Shown in pieces: positions 21,530-31,884 of a DNA stretch of 32,000 nt (the stretch's first letter is position 1; the number at the start of each line of letters is the position of its first letter). The translations under genes were made by a program, and so were the position numbers. The stretch is taken from contig NZ_JAYKGW010000230.1 in the NCBI RefSeq assembly GCF_035285525.1, positions 20,638 to 52,637 of the forward strand, in the 5' to 3' direction. The stretch comes from Okeania sp. GTDB taxonomy: Bacteria; Cyanobacteriota; Cyanobacteriia; Cyanobacteriales; Microcoleaceae. The notes under the pieces were generated by a model that was not told the DNA's origin, did no database searches, and was given only the letters and a program-made list of their open reading frames with translations.

Positions 21530-22078
21530 ATGAGTATAATTGCTGGTGAAATCGTAGAACCCTACGCAGCAGCTCTAATGTCTTTGGCTGAATCAAAAGA
21601 ATTAACTGAAAGATTTGCCGAAGATGTGCGTGGCTTGATTAATATTATGACTGAATCTCCAGAGTTGAAGAAATTTTTGGGAAATCCAGTTATTAAGCCA
21701 GAGGATAAAAAAGCAGTGGTACGACGCATGGTGGGAGAGGAAGTAGATCCGTTGATGCGTAATTTTTTAATGCTGCTCATTGATAGAGGTCGAATTATTT
21801 TTCTAGAACAGATAGGAAAACAATATTTAGCTCTATTGCGGAAATTTAATAACACTGTTTTAGCAGAAGTAACCTCCACAATAGAATTAAATGAAGACCA
21901 ACAAAATACAGTCCGCGAACGAGTTAAGTCAATGACTGGTGCAGCGGGTGTGGAACTGGAAACTAAGATTGACCCAAGTTTACTTGGTGGGGTAATTATC
22001 AAAATAGGGTCTCAGATAATTGACTCTAGCTTACAAGGACAACTACGCCGAATTGGTATTAGCCTCAAAGCAGTATAG
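21530..22078 (+). CDS. atpH: F0F1 ATP synthase subunit delta (OSCP)
   Basis: 182-aa ORF starting 2 nt after the atpF stop, with a C-terminal GGVIIKIGSQIIDSSLQGQLRRI pattern. Confidence 0.9.
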   Translation: MSIIAGEIVEPYAAALMSLAESKELTERFAEDVRGLINIMTESPELKKFLGNPVIKPEDKKAVVRRMVGEEVDPLMRNFLMLLIDRGRIIFLEQIGKQYLALLRKFNNTVLAEVTSTIELNEDQQNTVRERVKSMTGAAGVELETKIDPSLLGGVIIKIGSQIIDSSLQGQLRRIGISLKAV

Positions 22079-22085
22079 TATAGCA

Positions 22086-22120
22086 GGGAACAGGGAAATA
22101 GGGAACAGGGAACAGGGAAC
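22086..22120. repeat. Heptamer array (GGGAACA / GGGAAAT) 5 units
   Basis: Read directly. It starts 8 nt after the atpH stop. Confidence 0.85.
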
Positions 22121-22303
22121 AATTGGAAAAAATTTCTAATTTATTAAGATTAATTGTGATTCTATGTCCTTTTTTTCTTAGCTATAGCATTCAAAAGTTA
22201 AATTATCGCTGTGACTATATTTGAGAGTGTTAGGAATTTCCTAATATCCCTAGTAACTGCTATACAATAATTGATAAATTTGTGTAAAACAACTTGACAA
22301 TAG

Positions 22304-23830
<1,527 letters not shown>

Positions 23831-23980
23831 TAGATTAGTTGCTTTCAGGTATCAATAATTAGTGGTTAGTTGTTAATGGTAGAAAAACAATTAGCCACTA
23901 AATTATTAGTTTAGATAAATTTAGCAACTAAGTGCTGGAAAGAAACTATAGCAATCCACAATGATGTTGTAACGTTTTTA

Positions 23981-24041
23981 TGGTATGGGTTTGGTTTCCA
24001 TATCCCATTATGGCTTGGGTTGGGAGACCAAACCCCTACAG
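23981..24041. repeat. GGTATGGGTTTGG...GACCAAACCCCTACAG hairpin element
   Basis: Same family as 14939-14997 and 29834-29860. Confidence 0.7.
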
Positions 24042-24077
24042 TTTCTCATCAACGATTTGAGGATTGGTATATACAGA

Positions 24078-24230
24078 ACTTTTCAGAAAGTAGAATATAG
24101 TTGACCGATCAGAAAAAGTCAAGAATTTTCCTTATTTATTCTTCCTTCTTTTCTGGCTTTTCAGTAAAGTTGAATATGGTTGATAAATTAAGAGAAAGTC
24201 AAAGATTTTCTTCCTTATTCCTTCTTCTTC
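24078..24230. repeat. Tandem ~77-bp direct repeat (2 diverged units) ending in a pyrimidine-rich CTTCCTT tract
   Basis: CTTTTCAGAAAGTAGAATATAGTTGA...AGAAAAAGTCAAGAATTTTCCTTATT aligns with CTTTTCAGTAAAGTTGAATATGGTTGA...AGAGAAAGTCAAAGATTTTCTTCCTTATT. It lies just upstream of atpG. Confidence 0.7.
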
Positions 24231-24258
24231 CTTCCTCCTTCTTCCTTATTTAAAAACA

Positions 24259-25203
24259 ATGCCTAATTTAAAAGCTATTCGCGATCGCATCAAGTCGGTC
24301 AAAAACACAAGAAAAATTACAGAAGCAATGCGCCTCGTAGCAGCAGCGAAAGTACGTCGTGCGCAGGAACAAGTAATTGGTACAAGACCTTTTGCTGACC
24401 GCCTTGCTCAAGTTTTATATGGACTTGCTCAACGTTTACAGTTTGAAAATCTAGATTTACCCCTGCTCCAAAAAAGGGAGGTAAAAACAGTTGGGTTATT
24501 AGTAATTGCTGGAAATCGTGGTCTATGTGGGAGTTATAATGCTAATGTTATTAAGTTGGCAGAAACTAGGGCCCGTGAACTGACAGAACAAGGAATTAAC
24601 TGCAAGTATTTGATAATTGGACGTAAAGCTATTCAATATTTTCAACGTCGTGAAGTTCCAACTATAAATACTTATGATAACCCGGAAAAAATTCCTACGG
24701 CTAATGATGCTTCTGTAGTTGCTGATGAAATTCTGGCGAGTTTTCTAGCAGGTTCAGTGGATAGGGTAGAATTAGTTTTTACTAAGTTTATTTCACTAAT
24801 TAGTTCTAAACCAGCAATTCAAACTTTGTTACCTCTCGATCCTCAAGGTTTGGAAGTTCACGATGATGAAATTTTCCGTTTAACCAGTAAAGATGGTCAT
24901 TGGGAAGTATCACGAGAAACTGTACCTGCACCTGTTAAAAGTTTACCTCGTGACATGATTTTTGAGCAAGAGCCTACTCAAATTTTAGAAGCTCTCTTAC
25001 CATTATTTTTGACTAATCAGTTATTAAGAGCGTGGCAAGAATCATCTGCTAGTGAGTTAGCATCTCGAATGACTGCTATGAGCAATGCTAGTGATAATGC
25101 TAGTGATTTGGCTCGTAAATTAACTCTTTCTTATAATAAGGCTCGACAAGCTGCGATTACTCAAGAACTTCTTGAGGTTGTCGGTGGCGCGGAAGCTCTC
25201 TAG
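24259..25203 (+). CDS. atpG: F0F1 ATP synthase subunit gamma
   Basis: 314-aa ORF. The N-terminus is [36 protein letters not shown] and the C-terminus is [20 protein letters not shown]. It is called atpC in cyanobacterial nomenclature. Confidence 0.97.
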   Translation: MPNLKAIRDRIKSVKNTRKITEAMRLVAAAKVRRAQEQVIGTRPFADRLAQVLYGLAQRLQFENLDLPLLQKREVKTVGLLVIAGNRGLCGSYNANVIKLAETRARELTEQGINCKYLIIGRKAIQYFQRREVPTINTYDNPEKIPTANDASVVADEILASFLAGSVDRVELVFTKFISLISSKPAIQTLLPLDPQGLEVHDDEIFRLTSKDGHWEVSRETVPAPVKSLPRDMIFEQEPTQILEALLPLFLTNQLLRAWQESSASELASRMTAMSNASDNASDLARKLTLSYNKARQAAITQELLEVVGGAEAL

Positions 25204-25280
25204 TTGAGTTATTAGTTATAAGTCGTCAAAGAATCTTTGTCTTTGTTTGAGATAGCTGGAATTTTGAAGATTATATTGGA

Positions 25281-25311
25281 AATACGTCTGGGATAACTCA
25301 GGCGTATTTTT
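25281..25311 (+). terminator. Rho-independent terminator of the atp1 operon
   Basis: AATACGTCTG-GGATAACT-CAGGCGTATT followed by TTT. The 10-bp stem has one G-U pair and lies 78 nt after the atpG stop. Confidence 0.6.
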
Positions 25312-25520
25312 GCAACTTTTTCCTCTGGTCAAAGTCAAAGAGGAAATACGGAATAGGGAACACGGAGAAATAATTGATAATTTCTGATCAGAATTGATTT
25401 TATTTTTTATTATTGGGGATGTCTATCATAGAGTCTAGTTAATAAATATATTTTATATTTTCATTATTCTATAATTATTCCCCTGCTCCCCCACTTCCCT
25501 ACTCCCCTACTCAAAAAAAT

Positions 25521-26411
25521 ATGATTACAGGTAAAACAAAATTATTAGGAGTAATTGGCTATCCGGTTGAACATTCTTTGTCTCCCCTAATGCACAATGC
25601 TGCAATTAAAGCAATAAATAATCAAAAAAATCAACAAAATTTAATAGATTATGTTTATCTACCTTTTCCTATTAAACCAGAAGATTTAACAACTGCTATT
25701 GCTGGATTTTCTGCTATTGGGGTCCAGGGTTTTAGTATTACTATTCCCCACAAACAAGCAATAATTCCACTTTTATCGGAAGTATCGGATATTGCTGAAG
25801 CAGTGGGAGCGGTTAATACCGTTTATAAAATAGATAAAGGATGGGCAGGGACTAATACTGATGTTACAGGATTTCTAGCTCCACTAAAAACTTATAATTG
25901 GGATTGGCATCAAAAAGTTGCGGTAATTTTGGGTAATGGTGGTGCTGCTCGTGCAGTTGTCGCGGGTTGTGCTGAGTTGGGTTTGGCTGAGATTCATGTT
26001 GTTGGTCGTTCAGAAGATAAATTAAGGGCTTTTCAGCAAAGTTGGCTTAATTCTCCTCTGCCTGTAAATATTACCATACACAAATGGGATAATTTGTCAA
26101 GCTTAATTACTAAAGCAGATTTGTTGGTTAATACGACTCCTGTCGGAATGTACCCCAATATTCAAGAATATCCGGTGGATGAGGCAATGTTTGATAATTT
26201 GTCACGAGGGGCAATAGTCTATGATTTAATTTATATTCCTAATCCGACTAAATTTATTCAGCAAGCTCAGGAAAGGGGAGCGATCGCTATTGACGGTTTA
26301 GAAATGTTAGTCCAACAAGGGGCTGCTGCTTTAGAATTATGGTTAAAAGAGTCTGTACCTGTGGATGTTATGCGTCGTTCTTTACGTGAACATTTAGGGT
26401 TGACTGATTAA
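25521..26411 (+). CDS. aroE: Shikimate dehydrogenase
   Basis: 296-aa ORF with LLGVIGYPVEHSLSPLMHNAA, SITIPHK, GAVNT...NTD and the NADP-binding loop ILGNGGAARAV. Confidence 0.9.
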   Translation: MITGKTKLLGVIGYPVEHSLSPLMHNAAIKAINNQKNQQNLIDYVYLPFPIKPEDLTTAIAGFSAIGVQGFSITIPHKQAIIPLLSEVSDIAEAVGAVNTVYKIDKGWAGTNTDVTGFLAPLKTYNWDWHQKVAVILGNGGAARAVVAGCAELGLAEIHVVGRSEDKLRAFQQSWLNSPLPVNITIHKWDNLSSLITKADLLVNTTPVGMYPNIQEYPVDEAMFDNLSRGAIVYDLIYIPNPTKFIQQAQERGAIAIDGLEMLVQQGAAALELWLKESVPVDVMRRSLREHLGLTD

Positions 26412-26479
26412 AAATATATTCGTAATTTACAGTAATACATGAGGATGGTGAGCTAGACTTAAAGATTGGCTTGGTAACA

Positions 26480-26603
26480 CAGCCTTCCAGGCTGTAACAA
26501 GCAGGATGCTTGTGTTACTAGGATTACAAATAGGCCTCTACTCTGCTTTCCTGTTCAGCCTTCCAGACTGTAACAAGGAAGATGCTTGTGTTACTAAGAT
26601 TAC
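26480..26603. repeat. Two copies of a 48-nt hairpin repeat (CAGCCTTCCAGRCTGTAACAAG..GATGCTTGTGTTACTARGATTAC)
   Basis: 26480-26527 and 26556-26603 differ at 4 positions. A diverged third copy is at ~9060-9108. Confidence 0.8.
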
Positions 26604-26790
26604 CGAATAATTAATAATTAAATAATTAAACAATTAAATAATTCGCGCCTTTAAGCCTCCGCTTGGATAGGGGAAAAAAATAAATTTTTTCCTTTTATTC
26701 AGTCCTATCCGTTTTAGGGAGAGGTAATTATCAATTATCAATTATCCATTATCCATTATCCATTATCCATTATCCATTATCCATTATTGA
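26600..26790. repeat. Composite repeat, left inverted copy (partner 29617-29824)
   Basis: TTACCGAA..ATAATTAAACAATTAAATAATTCGCGCCTTTAAGCCTCCGC, then AAAAATAAATTTTTTCCTTTTA, then TTTTAGGGAGAGG, then about 9 ATTATCN heptamers. It is the reverse complement of the right copy apart from indels. Confidence 0.85.
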
Positions 26791-26898
26791 ATAGAATAAT
26801 AAGCTTCTACTCTGAAACTACTGTAATAATTTATTTTGATTGTGCTAATCTTTCTCAGATAAGTTAAAGTTATTATACTAAGTCTAAATTTTAATAAT

Positions 26899-27360
26899 AT
26901 GAAATCACGATTCTTACCTAATATTATTATCTCTATCTTAATTACAATAGCTATTTGGCTGTGGAGTAGTCCAGCTTGGGCAATTGAACTGAAATTATAT
27001 GATTTAGAGTACAAAGATTGTCCTACAGAGCTAGGAAAAGGGGCAATTACCAGTGGTTCGAGTATGGCAGCTAACTGCTTTATTATCAGTGGAAAAGCTA
27101 AAAATAATTCTGGTAAACCTGTATATGATGCTGATGTTTTTGGCCGTATTTATGATGCTAATAACAACAATGTTATGGAAAATCGTGGTAGACTTGGTTC
27201 TATTGAAGAAGTACTCCCATTTAGCAGTACTGATTTTGAAATTAGAGTTTCAGTACCAGCAAATCTACCCACTCCCTTAAAACTTAAGAATTTTAAATCA
27301 TCTGGGTTTTCCCATAAAGTTCGATGGGAGCAAACTATTGAAGAATTTGATGGATTTTAG
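26899..27360 (+). CDS. Hypothetical exported protein
   Basis: 153-aa ORF with a signal-peptide-like N-terminus (MKSRFLPNIIISILITIAIWLWSSPAWA) and a soluble beta-rich-looking remainder. No family recognised. Confidence 0.6.
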   Translation: MKSRFLPNIIISILITIAIWLWSSPAWAIELKLYDLEYKDCPTELGKGAITSGSSMAANCFIISGKAKNNSGKPVYDADVFGRIYDANNNNVMENRGRLGSIEEVLPFSSTDFEIRVSVPANLPTPLKLKNFKSSGFSHKVRWEQTIEEFDGF

Positions 27361-27383
27361 TAATTAGGTTATTTGTTGTGGAT

Positions 27384-27421
27384 AACTTTAGCGCCACAAG
27401 CATACTTGTAGCGCTAAAGTT
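27384..27421. terminator. Long hairpin between convergent genes (possible bidirectional terminator)
   Basis: AACTTTAGCGC-CACAAGCATACTTGTA-GCGCTAAAGTT. The outer stem is 11 bp with an inner ACAAG/CTTGT extension. There is no clear U-tract. Confidence 0.4.
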
Positions 27422-27542
27422 CGATAGGAAACACCAGACTTTTTATAACTAATTTTTGAAACATGATATTTTTTGTAAATACTTGTTTTTTTATTAGCCT
27501 CAAAAGTTTTTAGGTGTAACCTAATGTAATTTTTATTTGAAA

Positions 27543-27827
27543 TTAATAAACTGCTATACTGCCTAGTAATCCAGTTAAAAGTTGAGCAGCAAACTGGAGA
27601 GCAAAGATAGCAATTATAGGAGAAAAATCAATACCTCCTAAAGGCGGAATAATAGAGCGAAATATGTTAAGATAAGGGTCTGTCAACTGACTCAATACAG
27701 AAAATGGTGGATCATACCAATTAATGTTAGGGAACCAACTTAACAAAATTCTAATGAACATTAAAACCAAGTAGAAACTGACAAAAGTTGATAATGTCTG
27801 GGCTAATAGTCCTATGGAAGCATTCAT
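27543..27827 (-). CDS. YggT family membrane protein (Ycf19-like)
   Basis: 94-aa ORF. FIRILLSWFPNINWYDPPFSVLSQLTDPYLNIFRSIIPPLGGIDFSPI is the YggT signature. Confidence 0.9.
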   Translation of the reverse strand: MNASIGLLAQTLSTFVSFYLVLMFIRILLSWFPNINWYDPPFSVLSQLTDPYLNIFRSIIPPLGGIDFSPIIAIFALQFAAQLLTGLLGSIAVY

Positions 27828-27935
27828 AAATATTATTTTGAAACTACAAAAAAAACTAATAAGTTATCTAATAGAGTTTAGCACAGATTTGTCCCATGTA
27901 GAGACATAAAGTTATGTATAAAATCTACTTAATTT

Positions 27936-28250
27936 TTACTCAGAAGGCGATCGCTCTGACTTTTCCCAAGTTCCATTTACACCATTTATTTGCTGGCGAA
28001 CTTCATCAATGACCTGGTTCAACTTGGCTATTTTACCCTCTAAACTTTGGCGAGTTTCTTCTATAGCTTCTGCTTCTTTGGTAGATGTTTGTTTTTCATT
28101 GTCTTGCCTATCCAATAAGTTTTCTGCTTCAGTATCATCAGATATCCTTGCTCCAATTAAAACTCCAAATAATCCACCTACCAGGCCACCAAATGCTATA
28201 CCTGCTATCAAACCACTTGCAAAACCATTTTTATTACTCATATTTAGCAA
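27936..28250 (-). CDS. Small membrane-anchored protein, YtxH-like
   Basis: 104-aa ORF. An N-terminal glycine-zipper helix (GFASGLIAGIAFGGLVGGLFGVLIGA) is followed by an acidic helical tail. An alternative start is at 28241 (MSNKNG). Confidence 0.5.
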   Translation of the reverse strand: MLNMSNKNGFASGLIAGIAFGGLVGGLFGVLIGARISDDTEAENLLDRQDNEKQTSTKEAEAIEETRQSLEGKIAKLNQVIDEVRQQINGVNGTWEKSERSPSE

Positions 28251-28359
28251 AAAGCTAATTGTTTTAGATGCTGTTTACTTAAGAAATTACCTATGAAGAC
28301 CAAAGCTTATGAGAAAAAGAGATTTACTAGGTTTCTATAGGTTAATTTTTCATTATAAA

Positions 28360-28402
28360 GGTTATTATAATATTTTTTTTACTAAAAAATATTATAATAA
28401 CC
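28360..28402. repeat. Perfect 19-bp inverted repeat with a 5-nt loop
   Basis: GGTTATTATAATATTTTTT-TTACT-AAAAAATATTATAATAACC read directly. It lies between the upp 3' end and the ytxH-like 5' end. Confidence 0.95.
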
Positions 28403-28463
28403 AAATTAAAATTATAAATTACGAGTCATTTCAGTTATCAATTAGCATCCTGGACTGTAACTA

Positions 28464-29114
28464 CTAAGTGCCAAAAATTCGATCACCTGCATCACCAAGG
28501 CCAGGTACGATATAACCAATATCATTGACAGTCTCATCAATAGTTGCGGTATAAATAGTTAAGCTAGGATAAGTAGTACCTAATTTTTGTAGAGCAGGTT
28601 GAGCAGCTACTACAGAAATAATTCTGATAGCAGTGGGGTTAACTCCAAGGTTCGTTAATTCAGCCATCACCTGCATCATTGTCCCACCAGTAGCTAACAT
28701 TGGTTCGCAAATCAAAACCCGAACATTAGGATCAAATTCAGGGGGAAGCTTATTCAAATAACAACTAGCTTCAAGAGTTTCTTCATTTCTAGACATTCCC
28801 AAATGGTAGACAGATGCCAAGGGTAGGACAGTTTGAGCGCCTTCTAATAATCCTAGACCAGCTCGGAGAATAGGTATTACTACCATCGGAATTTGAGGGT
28901 TAACAAAAGTAGCAGGACATGCAGCTAAAGGAGTCTGTATAGTAGTTTCTACTAAAGGCAACCAATCTCGAATTGCTTCATAAGTTAACCATCTGCCTAA
29001 TTCTGTTATTGCAGAGCGAAATAGAGAAGAGGGTGTATTAACATCACGAGCTACACCTAACCAATGTTTGATCAATGGATGGGGTGGGACATAAACACGA
29101 AGTTGTGGAGCCAT
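28464..29114 (-). CDS. upp: Uracil phosphoribosyltransferase
   Basis: 216-aa ORF with the PRPP-binding loop VLICEPMLATGGTM and C-terminal YIVPGLGDAGDRIFGT. Confidence 0.95.
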   Translation of the reverse strand: MAPQLRVYVPPHPLIKHWLGVARDVNTPSSLFRSAITELGRWLTYEAIRDWLPLVETTIQTPLAACPATFVNPQIPMVVIPILRAGLGLLEGAQTVLPLASVYHLGMSRNEETLEASCYLNKLPPEFDPNVRVLICEPMLATGGTMMQVMAELTNLGVNPTAIRIISVVAAQPALQKLGTTYPSLTIYTATIDETVNDIGYIVPGLGDAGDRIFGT

Positions 29115-29232
29115 AAATTTGCAAGTTTCTCTTAACGAAGTTAGAAGTCGTAAGTTAAAAGTCAGAATCTTTTTGGTTATGGGGATTGTGAGTAACCCTC
29201 TAAAAACATTTTGATAATAACTAATTTATTAT

Positions 29233-29330
29233 AACTTACGCAGATGAACCCAGAAACCCGGTTTCTCATAGACTTCTATTGCTCAAAACAAGGATTTCTC
29301 CTAGAAACCGGGTTCCTCCCGTGTAAGTCC
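29233..29330. mobile_element. MITE-like element (AACTTACGCAG ... CGTGTAAGTCC) with internal AGAAACCCGGTTTCT palindromes
   Basis: Terminal inverted repeats and an internal palindrome read directly. No ORF. Confidence 0.55.
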
Positions 29331-29339
29331 TATTATTAT

Positions 29340-29429
29340 AACTTACACAGAGACACTACATAATATAGAGTTTAAACAAAAACTATAACGTTATAGTTTA
29401 GTCTTTAAAAGTTAAAAATGCGTAAGTGC
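29340..29429. mobile_element. Second MITE-like element (AACTTACACAG ... ATGCGTAAGTGC), tandem to the first
   Basis: Same terminal motif family. Both copies are preceded by ATTATTATA-like flanks. A further fragment lies at ~29505-29528. Confidence 0.45.
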
Positions 29430-29616
29430 TGATTAATTTTAAACTATCACACACAAATATGTGCAAATTAATCAATATTTTTCTAATATTATCAGGAGTT
29501 ATACAAAAACCGGGTTTCTGTGTAAGTCTTGTTTATTTTCCCTATTATCGTCAAAGCATTGAACAGTTATCTATTAGCTATTTATAGTCATTTTAGTTTA
29601 GACTGAGACAAGTTTT

Positions 29617-29824
29617 AATGGATAATGGATAATGGATAATTACTTCTGCCTTTTAGGGAGAGGATTTGCTAAAAGGAAAAGATTTATTTTTCTTGGTCGA
29701 TTAAATATGGTTAGGGAACCCATCTATCTCACCCTTCGGGAAGCTCCGCTGACGACCGCTTTTTACCCTTAAAAGGCGGAGGCTTCAAGGCGCGAATTAT
29801 TTAATTGTTTAATTATTTCGGTAA
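29617..29824. repeat. Composite repeat, right inverted copy (partner 26600-26790)
   Basis: The reverse complement of 29776-29824 matches 26600-26662 with 1 mismatch and one 14-nt indel. The GGATAAT x3 array, TTTTAGGGAGAGG box and AAAAATAAATC block are also shared. There is an extra ~85-bp insert at 29690-29775. Confidence 0.85.
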
Positions 29825-29833
29825 TATTTTATT

Positions 29834-29860
29834 GTAGGGGTTTGAAAACCAAACCCTACA
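29834..29860. repeat. GTAGGGGTTTGAAAACCAAACCCTAC hairpin
   Basis: Near-perfect palindrome of the same family as 14939-14997 and 23981-24041. It lies 68 bp upstream of crtH. Confidence 0.8.
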
Positions 29861-29927
29861 ATTTTTTTTACACAAATCATTATTATCAGTAATAGATTAA
29901 AATTAAGAAAAGTATCAAAAGTTTATT

Positions 29928-31505
29928 ATGGCAATATCTATCACATCTCCCTCATTAACTGATAAATTTCCGACAATATCTGAATATGATGCAATTGTAA
30001 TTGGTTCTGGTATGGGTGGTTTAGTTACAGCTACTCAACTTGTAGCTAAAGGAGCTAAAGTTATAGTCTTAGAAAGTTATATTATTCCTGGTGGAAGTTC
30101 CGGTTATTTTGAAAGAGAAGGATACACATTTGATGTTGGTGCATCAATGATATTTGGTTTTGGCAAAAAAGGCACTACAAATTTACTAACTCGTGCTTTA
30201 GATGCGGTGAATGTTAGTATCGAAACAATTCCCGATCCGGTACAAATACATTATCATTTGCCAAATAATTTAGAATTAAAAGTTCACCAAAATTATGAAA
30301 AATTTCTTGAAGAATTAACTGAAAAGTTTCCCCATGAAAGGAAAGGAATTAGACAATTTTATGACGAATGTTGGGCAGTATTTAATTGTCTTAATTCTAT
30401 GGAGTTATTGTCTCTAGAAGAAATAAAATATCTCTTGAAATCATTTTGGCAAAATCCTGGTTCTTGTTTGGGGTTATTGAAGTATTTACCCCAAAATGTA
30501 GGAGATGTTGCCCGTAGATATATTCAGGATTCTGAGTTATTGAAATTTATTGATATGGAATGTTATTGTTGGTCAGTGGTTCCGGCAGATTTAACGCCAA
30601 TGATTAATGCTGGTATGGTATTTTCTGACCGACATTATGGAGGTATTAATTATCCTAAAGGTGGGGTGGGAAAAATTGCTCAAAAATTAGTAGAAGGTTT
30701 GGAAAAAAATGGGGGAGAAATCAGATATAAATCTCGTGTTAAAGAAATTATCATTGAAAACGGAAAAGCTATAGGAGTAAAATTAATTAATGGTAAAGTT
30801 TATCGAGGTAAACGGATTATTTCTAATGCCACAAGATGGGATACTTTTGGTAAATTAATGCTTGAAGAAAATATACCTCGAAGTGAGATCAAATGGCGTG
30901 GTAATTATCAAAAATCACCCAGTTTTTTAAGTTTGCATTTAGGAGTAGAAGCCAGAGTATTTCCCGAAGGTACAGAATGTCATCATATTCTCTTAGAAAA
31001 TTGGGAAAAAATGGAAGTTTCAGAAGGTACAATTTTTGTTTCTATTCCCACATTATTAGACCCAAGTTTAGCCCCAGAAGGATATCATATTCTTCATACT
31101 TTTACACCTAGTTATATGGAAGATTGGCAAGGATTAAATCAAGCAGAATATCAAGCTAAAAAAGAAGCAGCAGCAAAGCGAGTTATTTCTAGATTAGAAA
31201 ATATTTTTCCTGGTTTAGATGCAAGTTTAGATCATATAGAAATAGGAACACCTCGGTCTCATAAAAGATTTTTAAATCGACAAGATGGAACTTACGGACC
31301 TATTCCTCAGCGGAAGTTAAAAGGTTTATTAGGAATGCCTTTTAATCGTACTGCAATACCTGGTTTATACTGTGTTGGAGATAGTACATTTCCTGGTCAA
31401 GGTTTAAATGCTGTGGCATTTTCTGGTTTTGCTTGCGCTCATAGAATTGCTGTTGATTTGAGATTGAAAGAAGGAAGAAAGAAGAAGGAAACAGTAAGAA
31501 GTTAA
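29928..31505 (+). CDS. crtH: Carotenoid (prolycopene) isomerase CrtH
   Basis: 525-aa ORF with FAD-binding [19 protein letters not shown]. Long stretches are typical of cyanobacterial CrtH ([86 protein letters not shown]). Confidence 0.9.
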   Translation: MAISITSPSLTDKFPTISEYDAIVIGSGMGGLVTATQLVAKGAKVIVLESYIIPGGSSGYFEREGYTFDVGASMIFGFGKKGTTNLLTRALDAVNVSIETIPDPVQIHYHLPNNLELKVHQNYEKFLEELTEKFPHERKGIRQFYDECWAVFNCLNSMELLSLEEIKYLLKSFWQNPGSCLGLLKYLPQNVGDVARRYIQDSELLKFIDMECYCWSVVPADLTPMINAGMVFSDRHYGGINYPKGGVGKIAQKLVEGLEKNGGEIRYKSRVKEIIIENGKAIGVKLINGKVYRGKRIISNATRWDTFGKLMLEENIPRSEIKWRGNYQKSPSFLSLHLGVEARVFPEGTECHHILLENWEKMEVSEGTIFVSIPTLLDPSLAPEGYHILHTFTPSYMEDWQGLNQAEYQAKKEAAAKRVISRLENIFPGLDASLDHIEIGTPRSHKRFLNRQDGTYGPIPQRKLKGLLGMPFNRTAIPGLYCVGDSTFPGQGLNAVAFSGFACAHRIAVDLRLKEGRKKKETVRS

Positions 31506-31616
31506 GAAGTTAAGAAGTTAAGAAGTTAAGAAGGAGGAAGGAAACAGTAAGAAGGAAGAAGTTAAGAAGAAGTTAAGAAGAAGTTAAAAAGTAATCAGAA
31601 AGAACGAAGAAGTTAG
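31461..31616. repeat. Purine-rich repeat tract including (GTTAAGAA)x4 at 31501-31532
   Basis: Read directly. GAAGGAAACAGTAAGAAG is duplicated at 31486-31500 and 31537-31556. The tract overlaps the last ~14 codons and the stop of crtH. A pyrimidine-rich counterpart lies at 24130-24250. Confidence 0.85.
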
Positions 31617-31884
31617 AATACTTTCGGTTGTTATGATTTACACCCGCGCGGGCAAGATTCCCGCACTACATTTTCACGATATCTGCTATAACAAGGAGGA
31701 AGAAAGGAGTAAATTTATAGACAAGTAAGTAGACAAAATTATTTGTCTATAAATTTAATTGTAATCCTTTTGATACCTCTACTATATAACAATAAAAAAT
31801 TCACAATTAATTCTGTCCAGATACTTATAAAAACAGATTCTAACATTTTACTGTAGGAGTTTAGTTTATCAATAGGATAGCTCT

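Noticed and set aside
21562-22002. 146-aa ORF antisense to atpH. Other ORFs antisense to confident genes are 1395-1592, 2415-2612, 2560-2790, 10053-10367, 13030-13215, 14315-14527, 16366-16551, 20625-20828, 21222-21407, 27053-27280 and 28009-28296.
   Set aside because: All lie inside, or opposite to, strongly supported conserved CDSs. Their products are low complexity with no motifs, typical of shadow ORFs in AT-rich DNA.
26480-26603. CRISPR-like appearance: two 48-nt repeats separated by 28 nt. The heptamer arrays were also considered as arrays.
   Set aside because: There are only two units and no cas genes, a diverged copy exists elsewhere, and the repeat is longer than typical CRISPR repeats. 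The heptamer arrays have no spacers at all.
31643-31664. GC-rich island CCCGCGCGGG / GCGGG-CAAGATT-CCCGC in AT-rich DNA, considered as a tRNA fragment or small RNA.
   Set aside because: There is no acceptor or T-arm context, the loop lacks U33 and purine-37 features, it is a single copy, and no flanking conservation can be assessed.
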